The translations under genes were made by a program, and so were the position numbers. This document shows, one piece after another, positions 24,364 to 39,708 of a stretch of DNA of 52,431 nucleotides. Numbering within the stretch: the stretch's first letter is position 1; each line of letters starts with the position of its first letter. The notes under the pieces are model-generated. The model was not told the origin of the DNA and searched no databases. It saw only the letters and a program-made list of their open reading frames with translations. The DNA lies in contig JAAPAO010000210.1 in NCBI GenBank assembly GCA_013115145.1, positions 1 to 52,431 of the forward strand, given 5' to 3'. The DNA is from Perkinsus chesapeaki ATCC PRA-425 (taxonomy: Eukaryota; Protista; Perkinsozoa).

Positions 24364-27300
24364 ATGTTAGACATCTTCGGTGGGTTCGGCTCAAACAGCT
24401 ATAACCCTGGGCGCCGCTATGAACCCTCGAGGTCCTCCAGGGGGGGCCGTTTGGCAGCTAGAAGGTCGAGTAAGGCATCGAGAAGTCAGTGTGGACGACG
24501 GCAACGGTCGGGATCGCCGGGTGTTGTGGAGCTCTGGGAGGATTTAGACCGACGGCTCTCACAAGGAGGAGGAGGAGGGAATTCAAGAACCTCGGTGACC
24601 GACAGTGCTGCACCACAGCGGGTTGTTGCAGGGAAGCCGCCGCTGGCGCCAAATCGGGAGATGAGGGAATGGGCGGTGGCGCCGCCATCAGATGACGACT
24701 CTGAAGTGATTGAACTGGACGACTCGGCAAGCATTGGAGCCTTCGGGGAGAAGAACGAGGCCGTTTTGCAGTATGCGCCGCGACAACGCCGATCACGATC
24801 CCCGAGTGTCAGCGATATCATCGCCGCCCCTCTCGCAGAGCCGGACTTGATAGACATGAACGATGCTCCGAAGGTCTACAGCGGGCCCCGGCAGTCGGGA
24901 GCCTTCGCTGGCCTGTTTAGTGGTTGGATGTGGGGGACCAACCGACTGGATACTCCTGAAGAAGAGGGAGGCAGCGGGAGGTTGATAAATACTGAGGAGG
25001 ATAAGCCGATGGAAGCCGCAAAGAACTCCTCTAGTGGTGAAGGATCGAGCTCCCACCGGGGCCTGGATATAGGGGAAGAGGACGGTGAGAGTCTGATGGA
25101 CTTGCCTGCGAGTCTGCCGAAGAGGACTGCTAATAACAATGACTTCTTGGGCAGCTCAGAGGTGCTGCCTCCACCGCTGGTCGACATCGAAGAGGATGTC
25201 ATTGGTGGTAAGAAAGAACAGAGCAATGCAGTGGAAGAAGAGGGCAAAGGGCTGCTGGGAGGCCTTATGAGTTGGTGGGCCAAAGAGGGGGAGAAGGAGC
25301 ACCAGGAGAGTTTGAATGGGGAAGTCTCAAAGGAAGAAGAACGCCCTGTGGAAGCTGACGGTCGCAGTGGGCTGGTAGAAGTGAAAGCAAATGAAATGGC
25401 GGCGGCGTCGACGACGACGAACGAGAAGATTGCCTCACCGACGAGTGCAGACGCTCGAGTGTACGAGACAGCGATGGAGATCCTTGATGGCTACACCGAC
25501 TCTGAAGTGATCTCGCTTTCTAGCAACACCAGCGTTGACTTGCTGGGGCCCTCCTTGCCAGCTGCCAGAGGAGGAGGCAGGACTGGGAGCCTGGATCAGT
25601 GGGAACAGAATGTCGACTTGCTCAATCTGGAAGATGCTCCGCTGCCCAGGGGATGGCTGGCTGAGATACACTCGGGGTTCCGTTTGGATGCTTTAGCTGC
25701 AGCGGTAGATACTTCAGGCTTGCCGAGGGGAACTGTGGCGGAGGTCTCTCGAGAAGTAAGTGTCGGCTGGTTTTATATATTCATAGAGGTGACATAGCGG
25801 AATAGCCTTTGAAGACTTTCATCTATCTAACCAGCGAAATGAATTCAATCTGAGCTGTTTATGGGATTAGTATGTTACCTTTACCTTTGCTTCGGTGAAA
25901 GCAAAGGAGGATATATCGAAGAACCTCGTATTGAGATTCTAGTATGCCGTAATCCATCTCCTATTATGCCGGATGTGAAATCTAATTGTAATAATGTTAC
26001 GGATAGCTTTGCCGTGTAGATACTAGCGCATGCGTACGGTTTGCCGCCGAAGGTAGCGTTACCGGAGATTGAGGTTGAGGACTCTCCCGAGCCACAAGAT
26101 AAACCGATGGTATATAAAGTGCAGTATCGGAGGAACAACAGCCCGCCTCTGCCGAGTAGGCTGCGCTGATGTTAGTGTATCGTCTTGATTGTACTCTCGT
26201 CCTCAGGCACCAGCTCGTTTGTTAAGGTTGGAGCGACGGAGATGCCCAGGCCCACCAGGAACTGTCACCATGAAGCACCAGCTTCCCCGCCCAAAGCAGC
26301 AACAGTGCCGGCTTCACCTTTGGACCTTACAGCAGCTAACCGCATTCATGCACTTGTGAACCGGAAGGACCGCCCGAAGCCCGCCCGTGATGGTGACAGT
26401 CAAGCTAGGCTGGATACCATTATCGATGAGTGCAAAACCTTGTTCCAGCGGGATAGGCGACGCCCGTCTGAGAGGAAGACCTTTGCGTCTGCGTGCAGGT
26501 CGCCGGAGCTATCATATTCAAATGGGACTGTTTTGGAGGACTCGCCCGAGAAGAAGGTGGAACGCGGAGATGCTCCTGTAGAGTTGGTTGAGTCTCCTGC
26601 AAAAATGAACGACAGCAAGCAGGAGGCTTATGGTGTGTTAGACTCGGAGGCTGTGACGAAGTTGAGATCTCCGCTGGGACAGTTTCATAGTGATCTGCTG
26701 AGGGAAGCTCTACGAGCGAAGGAGAGGCTCGAGAGGCAGGCAATGCCATGCGGTGTGGATGATCGAGCTCTGGCGGATATGGCCAGGTTGGCGCGGAAAA
26801 GATTCCACCTGTCTCAGACAATGGCCGACATCCTCGCGAAAAGTGACTCTTCGAAGCCTCTTGAGGGTAGGGGCAGAACCGCAGTCGATACGAAACCCCC
26901 CGCACAAATGCCCGAGTACATTCCGGCGGAGCCCGAGCTGGCGGCCATGCCCATTGCAGTCGTCAAAACAGAAGTGAGGAAGCTTAGCGGTTTGCCCACG
27001 CCTGCGCGGTGTGAAACGGAACCGTCAGTGAAGCAGCGTTGCGAAGACAGCTCATGCCCCTCGGAGGCAAGTAGTGATGTCGAGAGCATTAGGCCTGATG
27101 TTAGCTCACCAAAGTGCACGAAATGCGGCGCAGGTGTGGACATGACGGGCCGGAAGTTGTCCAGTGTCGTCAAGGAGCAAATGAGCACCTGGAGTTGGTG
27201 TGCAATGTGCACCTTCGAGATGTTCCCATCGATCTCGGCAGCACCTAAAAGGTCGAGTTTCGTGAGCCAGAGGATCTTCCTCGGCACTAACGCTGAGGAG

Positions 27301-27711
27301 TGGCTATGGGAACTGACGCTCGAGTCGAGCCTCCCTGTGGAGTATCCAGAGGGCAGCCGAGTGATGTGGCCCACTGGCAGACACCTTGTCCTGGCCCTGC
27401 TGTTCCGAGACTCAGAGATAAAACGGCAGGTGCGAGCCGCGGTCACGGTCGAAGATCTGGAGGCGATTCTGGACAGCAACAAGCACTGCTTGAGGGAGGG
27501 CTATGCGGACCTCCGGGAAGCAGCCGTGCAGATGGTGGTCGATCTCCGACTGAAGCAGCACGCCCTGCTCAAAGTGGTTCTGAAGTCGATACCGAACTTT
27601 GTGGTAGAGTTGAGGCAGAGGAACGACGACGAGCTCTTGGAGGAGATTGTTGCCGATGTTTGGAACGAGATCCGGAGAGGCATGGCCGGCGCGCCGAATT
27701 TGGCACAATGA
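24364..27711 (+). CDS. Large disordered protein with SIM-like motifs, C4 zinc finger and C-terminal degenerate NADAR-like domain
   Basis: ORFs 24364-25797 and 26185-27711 join in frame through three GT-AG introns (...VSRE-EDISKNL-ILAHAYGLPP...PPLPS-TSSFVK). CTKC...CAMC at 27112-27211; WPTGRH...LRLKQHALLKVVL region at 27268-27680. Confidence 0.72.
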
Positions 27712-27965
27712 TATTTATCAGCGACAATTTATTATATATTTTACCTTACCAATTCCCATGGTTTGCGTTCAGCCACTTTTCGAAGGCCGCGTTGATCATT
27801 GTTTCAGATGGTCTTATAAAGCTGAAATGCCGATGAGTCAATCTCCCTATAGATCTAGTATTATCGGTAGGAGCACCGGCGGCCTAGCTGTCATCGATCG
27901 AACCGTCAGGTACAAAGCTGCAACGAACGCTGTCCACCATCGAGGCTGACCGAGCTCTGCAGGCC

Positions 27966-29109
27966 ATGGCACGGGACGAGCTCGTGGGCATTTATCCCTC
28001 CTATGACCCAAGGGATGATGTGAGAGTCTTCGGGCCAATCACTGTCACGTTGCAGAGAGACACCGCGCCTTACAGGATCATCAGCTACGTACGGCTTCAT
28101 AGTGGTGGCCATACCGCTCCTTCCTCAACTCTTCAGGAACTTGACCATTACCTTCTCCGATTCGAGGTTGAATGTGCTGTTCCTAAGGCAGCTCTTGTGG
28201 ACGGTCAGCTACTACTTCTAGTGTATCAGCAATCTAACACTCTGGTTGCCAGATCCAAATACGACCGTTAGTGTTATCTGCGGAGTGGCTGTCCATTCAT
28301 CTGGCGAGCCCACTCCCGAAATACCGAAGAGGGCGACTGATGGAGACCAAGAGGATGGAGAAGGTTCGTCGTCGGCAATTCCTCGAGAGTGGATTACTTT
28401 TTCTGCTGCAGACGACAAGTCTCCTGCAAACAACACTTCAGTTGCTGATGGAATCGCTTCACACGCTTGGGTGATATAACCACTAGGATCGCTATTTCAA
28501 CGTATCTCTCCCCACAGGTGGGCCCGCTGGAGACCTGGCCCGGAGCTGCGTGCTGGCTCTGGACAGAAAGGACCGCTTACGGCGGCTGTGGCCGTCGCGG
28601 TACAAGACGCCACCAGGTAGGGCGACGGTCTCTGAGCGCAAACTATATCTTGTGGGCAGGCTGGCGGCGACGCCCTCCGTTCTAGACCCCCTAATAGTTG
28701 CCTTCTGGCGTCGACCTCGCCTCGCTTAAATGGCAGCTCTAATGGTGAAGAAGTTGTTCTGGTCAACGAGACTTGGGAGATCCTGGTAGAGAAAGGAGCT
28801 CGGAAAAGAACATTGCGCCTGGTCTAATAGGTACATGGAGATGTGTGCGAATGGAGCGTTCTCAGCAACACCGGTGGCCAAGTGCGGTCGGAAGTGTTCG
28901 CGCTAAACAGGTGAGCTCAGCCGAGACTCGATGTAGCCCATCAGGGACGCAGCGCATGCAAATGTGTCCTCAGGTCCGATGGTCTCATCTACATTTTCAA
29001 CCTCTCCTGTTCGAGCTCTGACAAGCTGTGCGATGTCGACGTTACGATGCGAGATATCGAAATAATCGCCCTCGACACTGCCGATGAGTTTTTCACAAGA
29101 ATATCTTAA
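27966..29109 (+). CDS. Multi-exon hypothetical protein
   Basis: Protein-like exons with canonical splice sites (ELDHYLLRFEVECAVPK; CVLALDRKDRLRRLWPSRYK; CEWSVLSNTGGQVRSEVFALNR-SDGLIYIFNLSC...FFTRIS-stop). No family recognised. Confidence 0.45.
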
Positions 29110-29570
29110 ACTTGCACAAGAAAGATTCTAACTAGCTCAGAATGTGCCACATGTGTCCCAACTTGCCCACAGTTGTTCTGTACTTTTGTTCTATTTTATA
29201 TACTATGCGATGTTCCTTTGTTACCGTATTAACTACTGGAGCCAACATCTCCGTTCACTCTACCAATTAAGAGCTTATTCGTATCCCTTCAACCGTGTTG
29301 TGTAGTGGGAATCTATCCTAGCATTGCCTTTGGGAACCTAGGCTAGCCGGGTGCGTGCTACCGACTGCTCGGCTAAGCGACGCTATAAAGGCTAAGTGAA
29401 TAGGTTAACTTCATCAGTTCTATGGGTTCAAGAGTTACGTGGGTACGATTCCTGGTGAGGGTATTTTTACTGTAATTACTTTTTGTGTTTCGCTCCGCTG
29501 TAAATAAGGGTTTTAGCTGTGTGTTCTCTTACCAAAACTGGGTCGCAGTTTTTACGAACCTCTTATTACA

Positions 29571-30914
29571 ATGGTTTCTACCTCGCTTCCTAGCGACATC
29601 TCTGATCGTTTGACGGAGGCTGTCGGCAAGTTCGACACTCCCAGGGAGACCATGATCAAGGTCAAGGACGACTTCCTCGAGGAGATGAAGCTTGGTTGGG
29701 AAGCCGGTCAGGGTGCTGGTGCCCCTCCAGAGGCCTCCAGTGTCAAGATGCTCACTTCTCATATTAATGTGCTTCCTCGTGGTCACGAGGCTGGCATCTA
29801 CTACGCCCTTGATCTCGGTGGAACTAATCTACGTGTTCTTCGTGTTGTTCTCAGTGCCGAGAAGAAGCCTGAGATTGCCGAGAACAGAAAGCCCATCCCC
29901 CATGACGTTATGGGTGGTACCGCCGAACAACTCTTTGGTTTCATTGCCTCTACTGCTAAGGAGCTTACCGATAAGTTCCATGATGATGACCTCATGCCTG
30001 CTGGATTCACTTTCTCCTTCCCCATGAGCCAGTCTGCTATCAACCACGGCAAGCTCATCGAGTGGACCAAGGGCTTCTCTGCCACTGGTGTCGTCGGTGA
30101 GGACCCCGCCGAGCTCCTTAACAAGGCTTTCAAGGAACAGAACGTCCCGATCTACGTGGCCGCTTTGTGCAATGATACCGTGGGTACTTTGATGACATGC
30201 TCTTACGAGTTCGAAGGTTGTGGTACCTGCAGGGTTGGTATGATTATCGGTACTGGTACCAATGCCGCCTACTCCGATCCTACCCTTGGTAACTTGGTTG
30301 TTAACACCGAGTGGGGTGGATATAACTTCAGGAACGTTCCTTCCGTTCTCAACTGCTATGATGAGGCCGTAGACAGGTCTTCCCCCAACAAGGGCAAGCA
30401 GTACTTCGAGAAGACTATCTCTGGTATGTACTTGGGTGAGCTCACTCGCCTGGCAACCCTCGATGTCCTCAAGGGTTACTCTGCTCATCTCCCCGAGTTC
30501 CTTACCAAGTCCGGTCTGGATACCAAGTACGTTTGCGCTGCCTTGGAGGGTGATAACCTTGGCTGTGATGACGAGGTTATCATGACCGTCTTCCGTCAGA
30601 TCGGCGAGGCCGTTCTTGAGCGTAGTGCCCGTCTTTGTGCCTCCGCTCTCTCGGCCGTCGCTCAGAAGTGTAACATCATGGACAGTGAAAAGCGTCACAT
30701 GCGCGAGGTGTGCATTGTTCATGGCATGCCCAGGTCTCTGACAATCGGTGTTGATGGTTCCCTTTACCAAAAGGGTTACCGCTACCCTCAGCGTTTGGAT
30801 GACGCCTTTGCCATGATTATCGGCAAGTCGGCTGCCTCCTTGGTCCATACTGTTCACAGTAGTGATGGATCTGGTGTCGGTGCTGCCCTCGTTGCCGCGG
30901 CCGTTTCCCGATAA
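29571..30914 (+). CDS. Hexokinase, copy 1 (intronless)
   Basis: LDLGGTNLR, FTFSFP, WTKGF, NDTVGT, IIGTGTNAAY, NTEWG, EKTISGMYLGE, GVDGSLY, DGSGVGAAL motifs. Confidence 0.97.
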   Translation: MVSTSLPSDISDRLTEAVGKFDTPRETMIKVKDDFLEEMKLGWEAGQGAGAPPEASSVKMLTSHINVLPRGHEAGIYYALDLGGTNLRVLRVVLSAEKKPEIAENRKPIPHDVMGGTAEQLFGFIASTAKELTDKFHDDDLMPAGFTFSFPMSQSAINHGKLIEWTKGFSATGVVGEDPAELLNKAFKEQNVPIYVAALCNDTVGTLMTCSYEFEGCGTCRVGMIIGTGTNAAYSDPTLGNLVVNTEWGGYNFRNVPSVLNCYDEAVDRSSPNKGKQYFEKTISGMYLGELTRLATLDVLKGYSAHLPEFLTKSGLDTKYVCAALEGDNLGCDDEVIMTVFRQIGEAVLERSARLCASALSAVAQKCNIMDSEKRHMREVCIVHGMPRSLTIGVDGSLYQKGYRYPQRLDDAFAMIIGKSAASLVHTVHSSDGSGVGAALVAAAVSR

Positions 30915-31660
30915 ATTATTGGTAGGCATTGCCGCTAACGTGGCAATAACCAGTACTATTGTTATTAGTAATGACTATCATTTGCTACTTTCATTTGCCA
31001 GTGAATGTTACTATATAACATAGTACTTGTTGTAATTTATCTATAGTAGTTCCATGGTAGATTCGTCAAGCCCTATATGTCGTGCCACCACCGTTTTTAG
31101 CTGTTATGATGCCGGCGATGGTAATGCCGCCTTCTGCACTTAAAGGCTCGAGGACGACGACGATTAATGCCTGACCGTTCTTGGGGTGCTCATCATCTTT
31201 ATCCTCTTCGGGCTTCATCTGTTACTCTTGTTTGTTTATAGTTATAGAGCCGTATAAGTTAAACTGCTGCTACTAACACTGCTGCGGTCGCGATAAAGCG
31301 CCTGTTATCATTGCTCGCATTCGTCGATTAATGGCTAAGGTGTTAAAGACCGCCACCGTACATTCATCTTACCTTGCAGCTTTGTGTTTAGATACATTGT
31401 GTTAATGATAGGGGAGCTGTAAGTAGTAGTAGCTGTATGTTTGGCAGGATCTATGTCATTAAGGTCGCCTTCGTGCCACTATCTGATACTTTCTTGACTG
31501 TGGTTTATTATTGATTAACTGTGTTTTCGAAGTCATTTTCGGCATAGAGAAGTCCCTCCTTTTTCATGGGCATATGAGGCATGGAAGGGTTTGCATCGTT
31601 GAGCGGTTATGACCGTCCGAGTTTCCTAGTAGTTGATAGCGCTTTCCCCTTTCGTGGTTG

Positions 31661-32998
31661 ATGACCGAATTAGATTCAGAGATATCTCAGCGCCTCGACG
31701 AAGTTCTGGACAAGTTTGACGTACCAGCCTCGACGCTAGTAGAAGTAAAGGATGACTTCCTTAGAGAGATGAGGGCAGGTTGGGAGGCTGGTAAGGGGTT
31801 TGGAGCTCCTCCCGAGGCATCCAGCATCAAGATGCTCAACGCTCATATTAACGTCCTTCCCAGAGGATACGAGAAGGGCGTCTATTACGCCTTGGACCTC
31901 GGTGGGACCTATCTGAGGGTCCTTAGAGTTGTCCTTGGCAAAGGTGAGAAGCCTGAGGTTGCCGAGCACCGGAAGCCGATACCGAAGGAAGTGATGAACA
32001 GCACCTCAGATGACCTCTTCGACTTCATAGCGATAACCGCCAAGGAGATGACCGATAAGTTCAACGATGATGGTGACATTCCAGCCGGTTTTACGTTCTC
32101 ATTTCCGATGAGTCAGGAGACGATAAATCGCGGGACTCTGGTGGAGTGGACCAAGGGCTTCAAGACCGCTGGGGTGGTGGGGGAGGATCCAGCGGTACTG
32201 CTCACCAAGGCCATGCAAAAGAGGGATGTCCCGATCTACGTGGCCGCGTTGTGCAATGATACTGTCGGCACTTTGATGACCTGTGCTTACCAATTCGAAG
32301 GTTGTGGTACCTGCAAGATTGGTATGATTATCGGTACTGGTACCAATGCTGCCTACTCCGATCCTACCCTTGGTAACTTGGTTGTTAACACCGAGTGGGG
32401 TGGATATAACTTCAGGAACGTTCGTAAGGTTCTTAATGAGTACGACACAGCAGTTGATGAGGCTTCTCCTAATCCGGGCAAACAGCTATACGAGAAGACC
32501 ATCTCGGGTATGTATCTGGGAGAGCTCACTCGCCTGGCCTCACTAGAGGTCCTCAAGGATTATCCGTCCGAGCTACCGGAGTTCCTCACCAAGGGCCCGC
32601 TGGACTCCAAGTTTGTCTGTGCCGCTCTGGAGGAGGATGGCCTGAAGTGCGAAGACCCAGTCGTGAAGGAAGTCTTCCGTACAATCGGTGACGCTGTTAT
32701 CGAACGAAGCGCCAATTTGTGCGCAGCTGGCCTGGCCGCCGTTGCAGAGAAATGTGGTATAGGCCGCGAAAACAAGCGACATATGCGAGAGGTCTGCGTC
32801 GACCACGGAATGCCGAGATGTCTCACAATAGGCGTCGATGGCTCCCTCTACCTCAAAGGGTACCACTACCCGGAGCGGCTGGCCATGGCATTTAGTAAGA
32901 TAGTTGGAGATGTGATGGCATCGCTCATTCACACTGTTCATAGTAGCGATGGTTCTGGTGTGGGAGCTGCTTTGATGGCGGCGGCGGTGTCCCAGTAG
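31661..32998 (+). CDS. Hexokinase, copy 2 (intronless tandem paralog)
   Basis: Colinear with copy 1 and has the same motifs, except LDLGGTYLR; ATG at 31661. Confidence 0.96.
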   Translation: MTELDSEISQRLDEVLDKFDVPASTLVEVKDDFLREMRAGWEAGKGFGAPPEASSIKMLNAHINVLPRGYEKGVYYALDLGGTYLRVLRVVLGKGEKPEVAEHRKPIPKEVMNSTSDDLFDFIAITAKEMTDKFNDDGDIPAGFTFSFPMSQETINRGTLVEWTKGFKTAGVVGEDPAVLLTKAMQKRDVPIYVAALCNDTVGTLMTCAYQFEGCGTCKIGMIIGTGTNAAYSDPTLGNLVVNTEWGGYNFRNVRKVLNEYDTAVDEASPNPGKQLYEKTISGMYLGELTRLASLEVLKDYPSELPEFLTKGPLDSKFVCAALEEDGLKCEDPVVKEVFRTIGDAVIERSANLCAAGLAAVAEKCGIGRENKRHMREVCVDHGMPRCLTIGVDGSLYLKGYHYPERLAMAFSKIVGDVMASLIHTVHSSDGSGVGAALMAAAVSQ

Positions 32999-33224
32999 TT
33001 ACTAGCTAGTCTAGCTTGTTGTTCAGTTTATGTAGTAATTTCTGTAGGAAGTTTTTCGCCTAATATTTGGTGCTTGGGTTCAAGTCAATAATGGTGGTAG
33101 TTTGTGAACTGTTGTTGTTAATATGGCCGATATCGATCAAGCTTTGGGGGCTACTATTGAGAGGTAGTAATCTCGGAAGGGTCATCAAGATATATAGGCG
33201 GGCGAAGGTCGTTTATGGGGTATC

Positions 33225-37280
<4,056 letters not shown>

Positions 37281-37766
37281 TGAATGAAAGTCGTAGGCCC
37301 AATGAAGGCACAGAACGTGACAAAATAGGACCCTAGTCGAGGCAGCACAAGGATATACTAGCCAGTATGTAGCAAAAGCCAAATCTTCACCGAACCTATA
37401 GGACCGGCGTGCCGGGTAACCTATTAGGTTATTACGTGACATGCGTATCGGTTGGTTCAAGATATTGCTTAAAAAACATGTTTTTGTCGCCGACGTTCCC
37501 CAATTTGTACACTGCCAGCACACTGTGTCGAACACAACTATGGGAGTAGATCCTGCAGGGAGGAAGCCGAATAGTTGTGCGATCGATATCAAGTCCCAGA
37601 TAAGTATGTTTATGGCTGACGAAAGCATGTTGAAACGATCCCTATGGATGTAGTTCAAACCAACGACTAGCAAAGCCGAATTCTGGCCCTTCGCTTATGA
37701 CTCGCACCGACTGAGTATAGATTGATGAGATCTAGTAGATTCCGTTGTACCATAAGTCGATGGGTC

Positions 37767-37788
37767 TTCGTGTGACACGAATCGTGTC
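37767..37788. repeat. Excision-type scar X[1-7]+rc(X)+X[2-8], X=TTCGTGTC (perfect)
   Basis: ttcgtgt-gacacgaa-tcgtgtc. Confidence 0.85.
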
Positions 37789-38260
37789 ACGCACATGTTT
37801 GCGAATATTCTCAATACGCGCGACAGATCTTATTTCCTATGGTTGAGCGAATCAAGTAGCACTTTTCTTCTCCATACTTTCATCGACGGTTGGCCGTGGA
37901 GAGGTGTCGCTCACAATGGAGGCACCGCTGTAGCTCTAAGAAGCTCTAAGGCGAGCTTTTGGGAATACTCCCCCACAATTTGTGTGGGGCAACTTCTCCG
38001 CTCTCAAAACCTTTATTACGAAGTATCGTGCTGCAGGGCTGACAGTTCTGAGCGAATAAGGTACAATAGAAGATAGCGAGAGTAGAGAGTTGACGAAAGT
38101 TCGAGTGGAATACGTCAGCCCGAGGTTCTATTCATCAGCACATGGGCTTGATTGGTAGCGCTGGTGGAGCAAACAGACGCAGTTACGGCAGGAATTCATG
38201 GGTATGCGTACCTTCGGCATAAAAGTTCTCTGAACTCCCTCGACTATAGTTAACATCTCA

Positions 38261-38626
38261 ATGTTTACCCTTGTCACCTTCTGCCGTCTGTTGGTTCTCG
38301 GGGCTCTGGCCAGTGCAGCTCCAAATGGAAAATACTGTGGGGGTGTCTCCTTCATATTCACGATTAGTCTAACGTTCAATGGGGACACTTTTGATCTTGA
38401 TGGGAGGTATTTCTTCAACCGCGGTTCGGCTAGAAATGTGCCCTACTCTATGCCCGCTGCTGACACTATCCAGTTTCCTCTCGACAACGCAGCACTCCAA
38501 AAGGCATTCGATGACATCAGCCCTCCAGTCTCGAGATCAGAACTGCAGTCCCTGCACTTCGCCAACGATCAGCTCACTGCAAGCACTTCCCTCGGCAGCC
38601 TGACCCTGACAAAAGGGGCATGCTGA
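38261..38626 (+). CDS. Small secreted protein, PxGKYCG...C family, copy 1 (intronless)
   Basis: Hydrophobic N-terminal signal-like segment; 101-aa mature part colinear with copies at 40689 and 46837; Cys near N-terminus and Cys as last residue. Confidence 0.85.
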   Translation: MFTLVTFCRLLVLGALASAAPNGKYCGGVSFIFTISLTFNGDTFDLDGRYFFNRGSARNVPYSMPAADTIQFPLDNAALQKAFDDISPPVSRSELQSLHFANDQLTASTSLGSLTLTKGAC

Positions 38627-39238
38627 TGAGATCAACGCCAGACCTGCCTGCGGCCGAAGACGGAGAGGCTGCAACTCATCTGAGGATAATGCCTACTCTG
38701 CTCTTTAAACTTTCTTGACATTGAAACCCTCAGAGGGATATAGAACATATGTCTGGATAAGGCCTTCATTGGCTGGGTGTACATCTGTCCTTAGGTCAGT
38801 AACTCGTTTGAAAGTCAAGTCTGCTCCAAAAGTCTATTGTAATCAAGTTTTCTGTCTAAGCCCTCGTGGATACCGGCGACTACATTGTATGCTCGCATGG
38901 CAACGGTATTTCTTACTGCGTGCTCTTAGTCCAACACAATATAGTTTGACCAGTCCTTGGGTGCTGTCATCAGTCCTATTCATGGTCTTGCTCATTGCTT
39001 GTTGTGTTCGAAGTACCGCAAAACCTGGCCTCGTCACGGATCATGACTCACGACTCATACCGTGGTTGTCTTATATCGTGAAGACTGCGAACAAACCTGG
39101 ATCCTCTCTCAACATACATAGTATGCTTGGCACACCGCATCAGTTGTCTACCCGCTATGGTACTTCCCTGATATGAAGCTGCGTCCTGACGTAGCTTTCA
39201 GGACGTGCTGGTCCTCAGACTCTGATATTCAGATCATC

Positions 39239-39708
39239 CTACTTCAAGGTTCCCGGCTGCCCCGACATTTTCGCCAAGGCCCTGACGGCGCGCATGAGAA
39301 CCTCCATTACCGTTAGCCGTAGTCTATGCTTCCCTCCTCGATGAGGAGTTGCTGTGGTCTTAAATATAACTCGGAGATATTCATTCGAGCACGGGGTAAT
39401 CCGAAGATGCAGATGAGGATCAGTAGTTCGTTCCATATACTAGGGCCCCTAGCCTAGGGGCCTTGTATGAGTCGTTGTCTACCAGAGCGAAAAATGAACC
39501 CGCTGGCAAATCAGAGCATGAGGCAGTCTCACTTAGTACTGCTAGATAGTAGAAAGAGACTGGTGAAGCAGGAATGGAGAGGTGAATATCATTCACCTGG
39601 GACACGCAGGATGCGAGCCTCCTTAGACCGACAAGGCACGACGATGGTCTGTGTCGATGAATGGGTGGATTCTGCTGCTTTCCATGTGTCGGCGGTGTGC
39701 ACACACAT
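39239..39708 (-). CDS. Small three-exon hypothetical protein
   Basis: MCVHTADTWK...ARILRVP-VLSETASCSDLPAGSFFAL-YMERTTDPHL...GTLK; frame kept across two GT-AG introns (39596-39539, 39482-39440). True start may be further upstream. Confidence 0.5.
39439..39460. repeat. Excision-type scar, X=ACTAGGGG (1 mismatch)
   Basis: actaggg-cccctagc-ctagggg (expected middle cccctagt). Confidence 0.75.

Noticed and set aside
29829-30929. 366-aa antisense ORF over hexokinase 1
   Set aside because: Shadow ORF from strong codon bias of the sense gene; no motifs.
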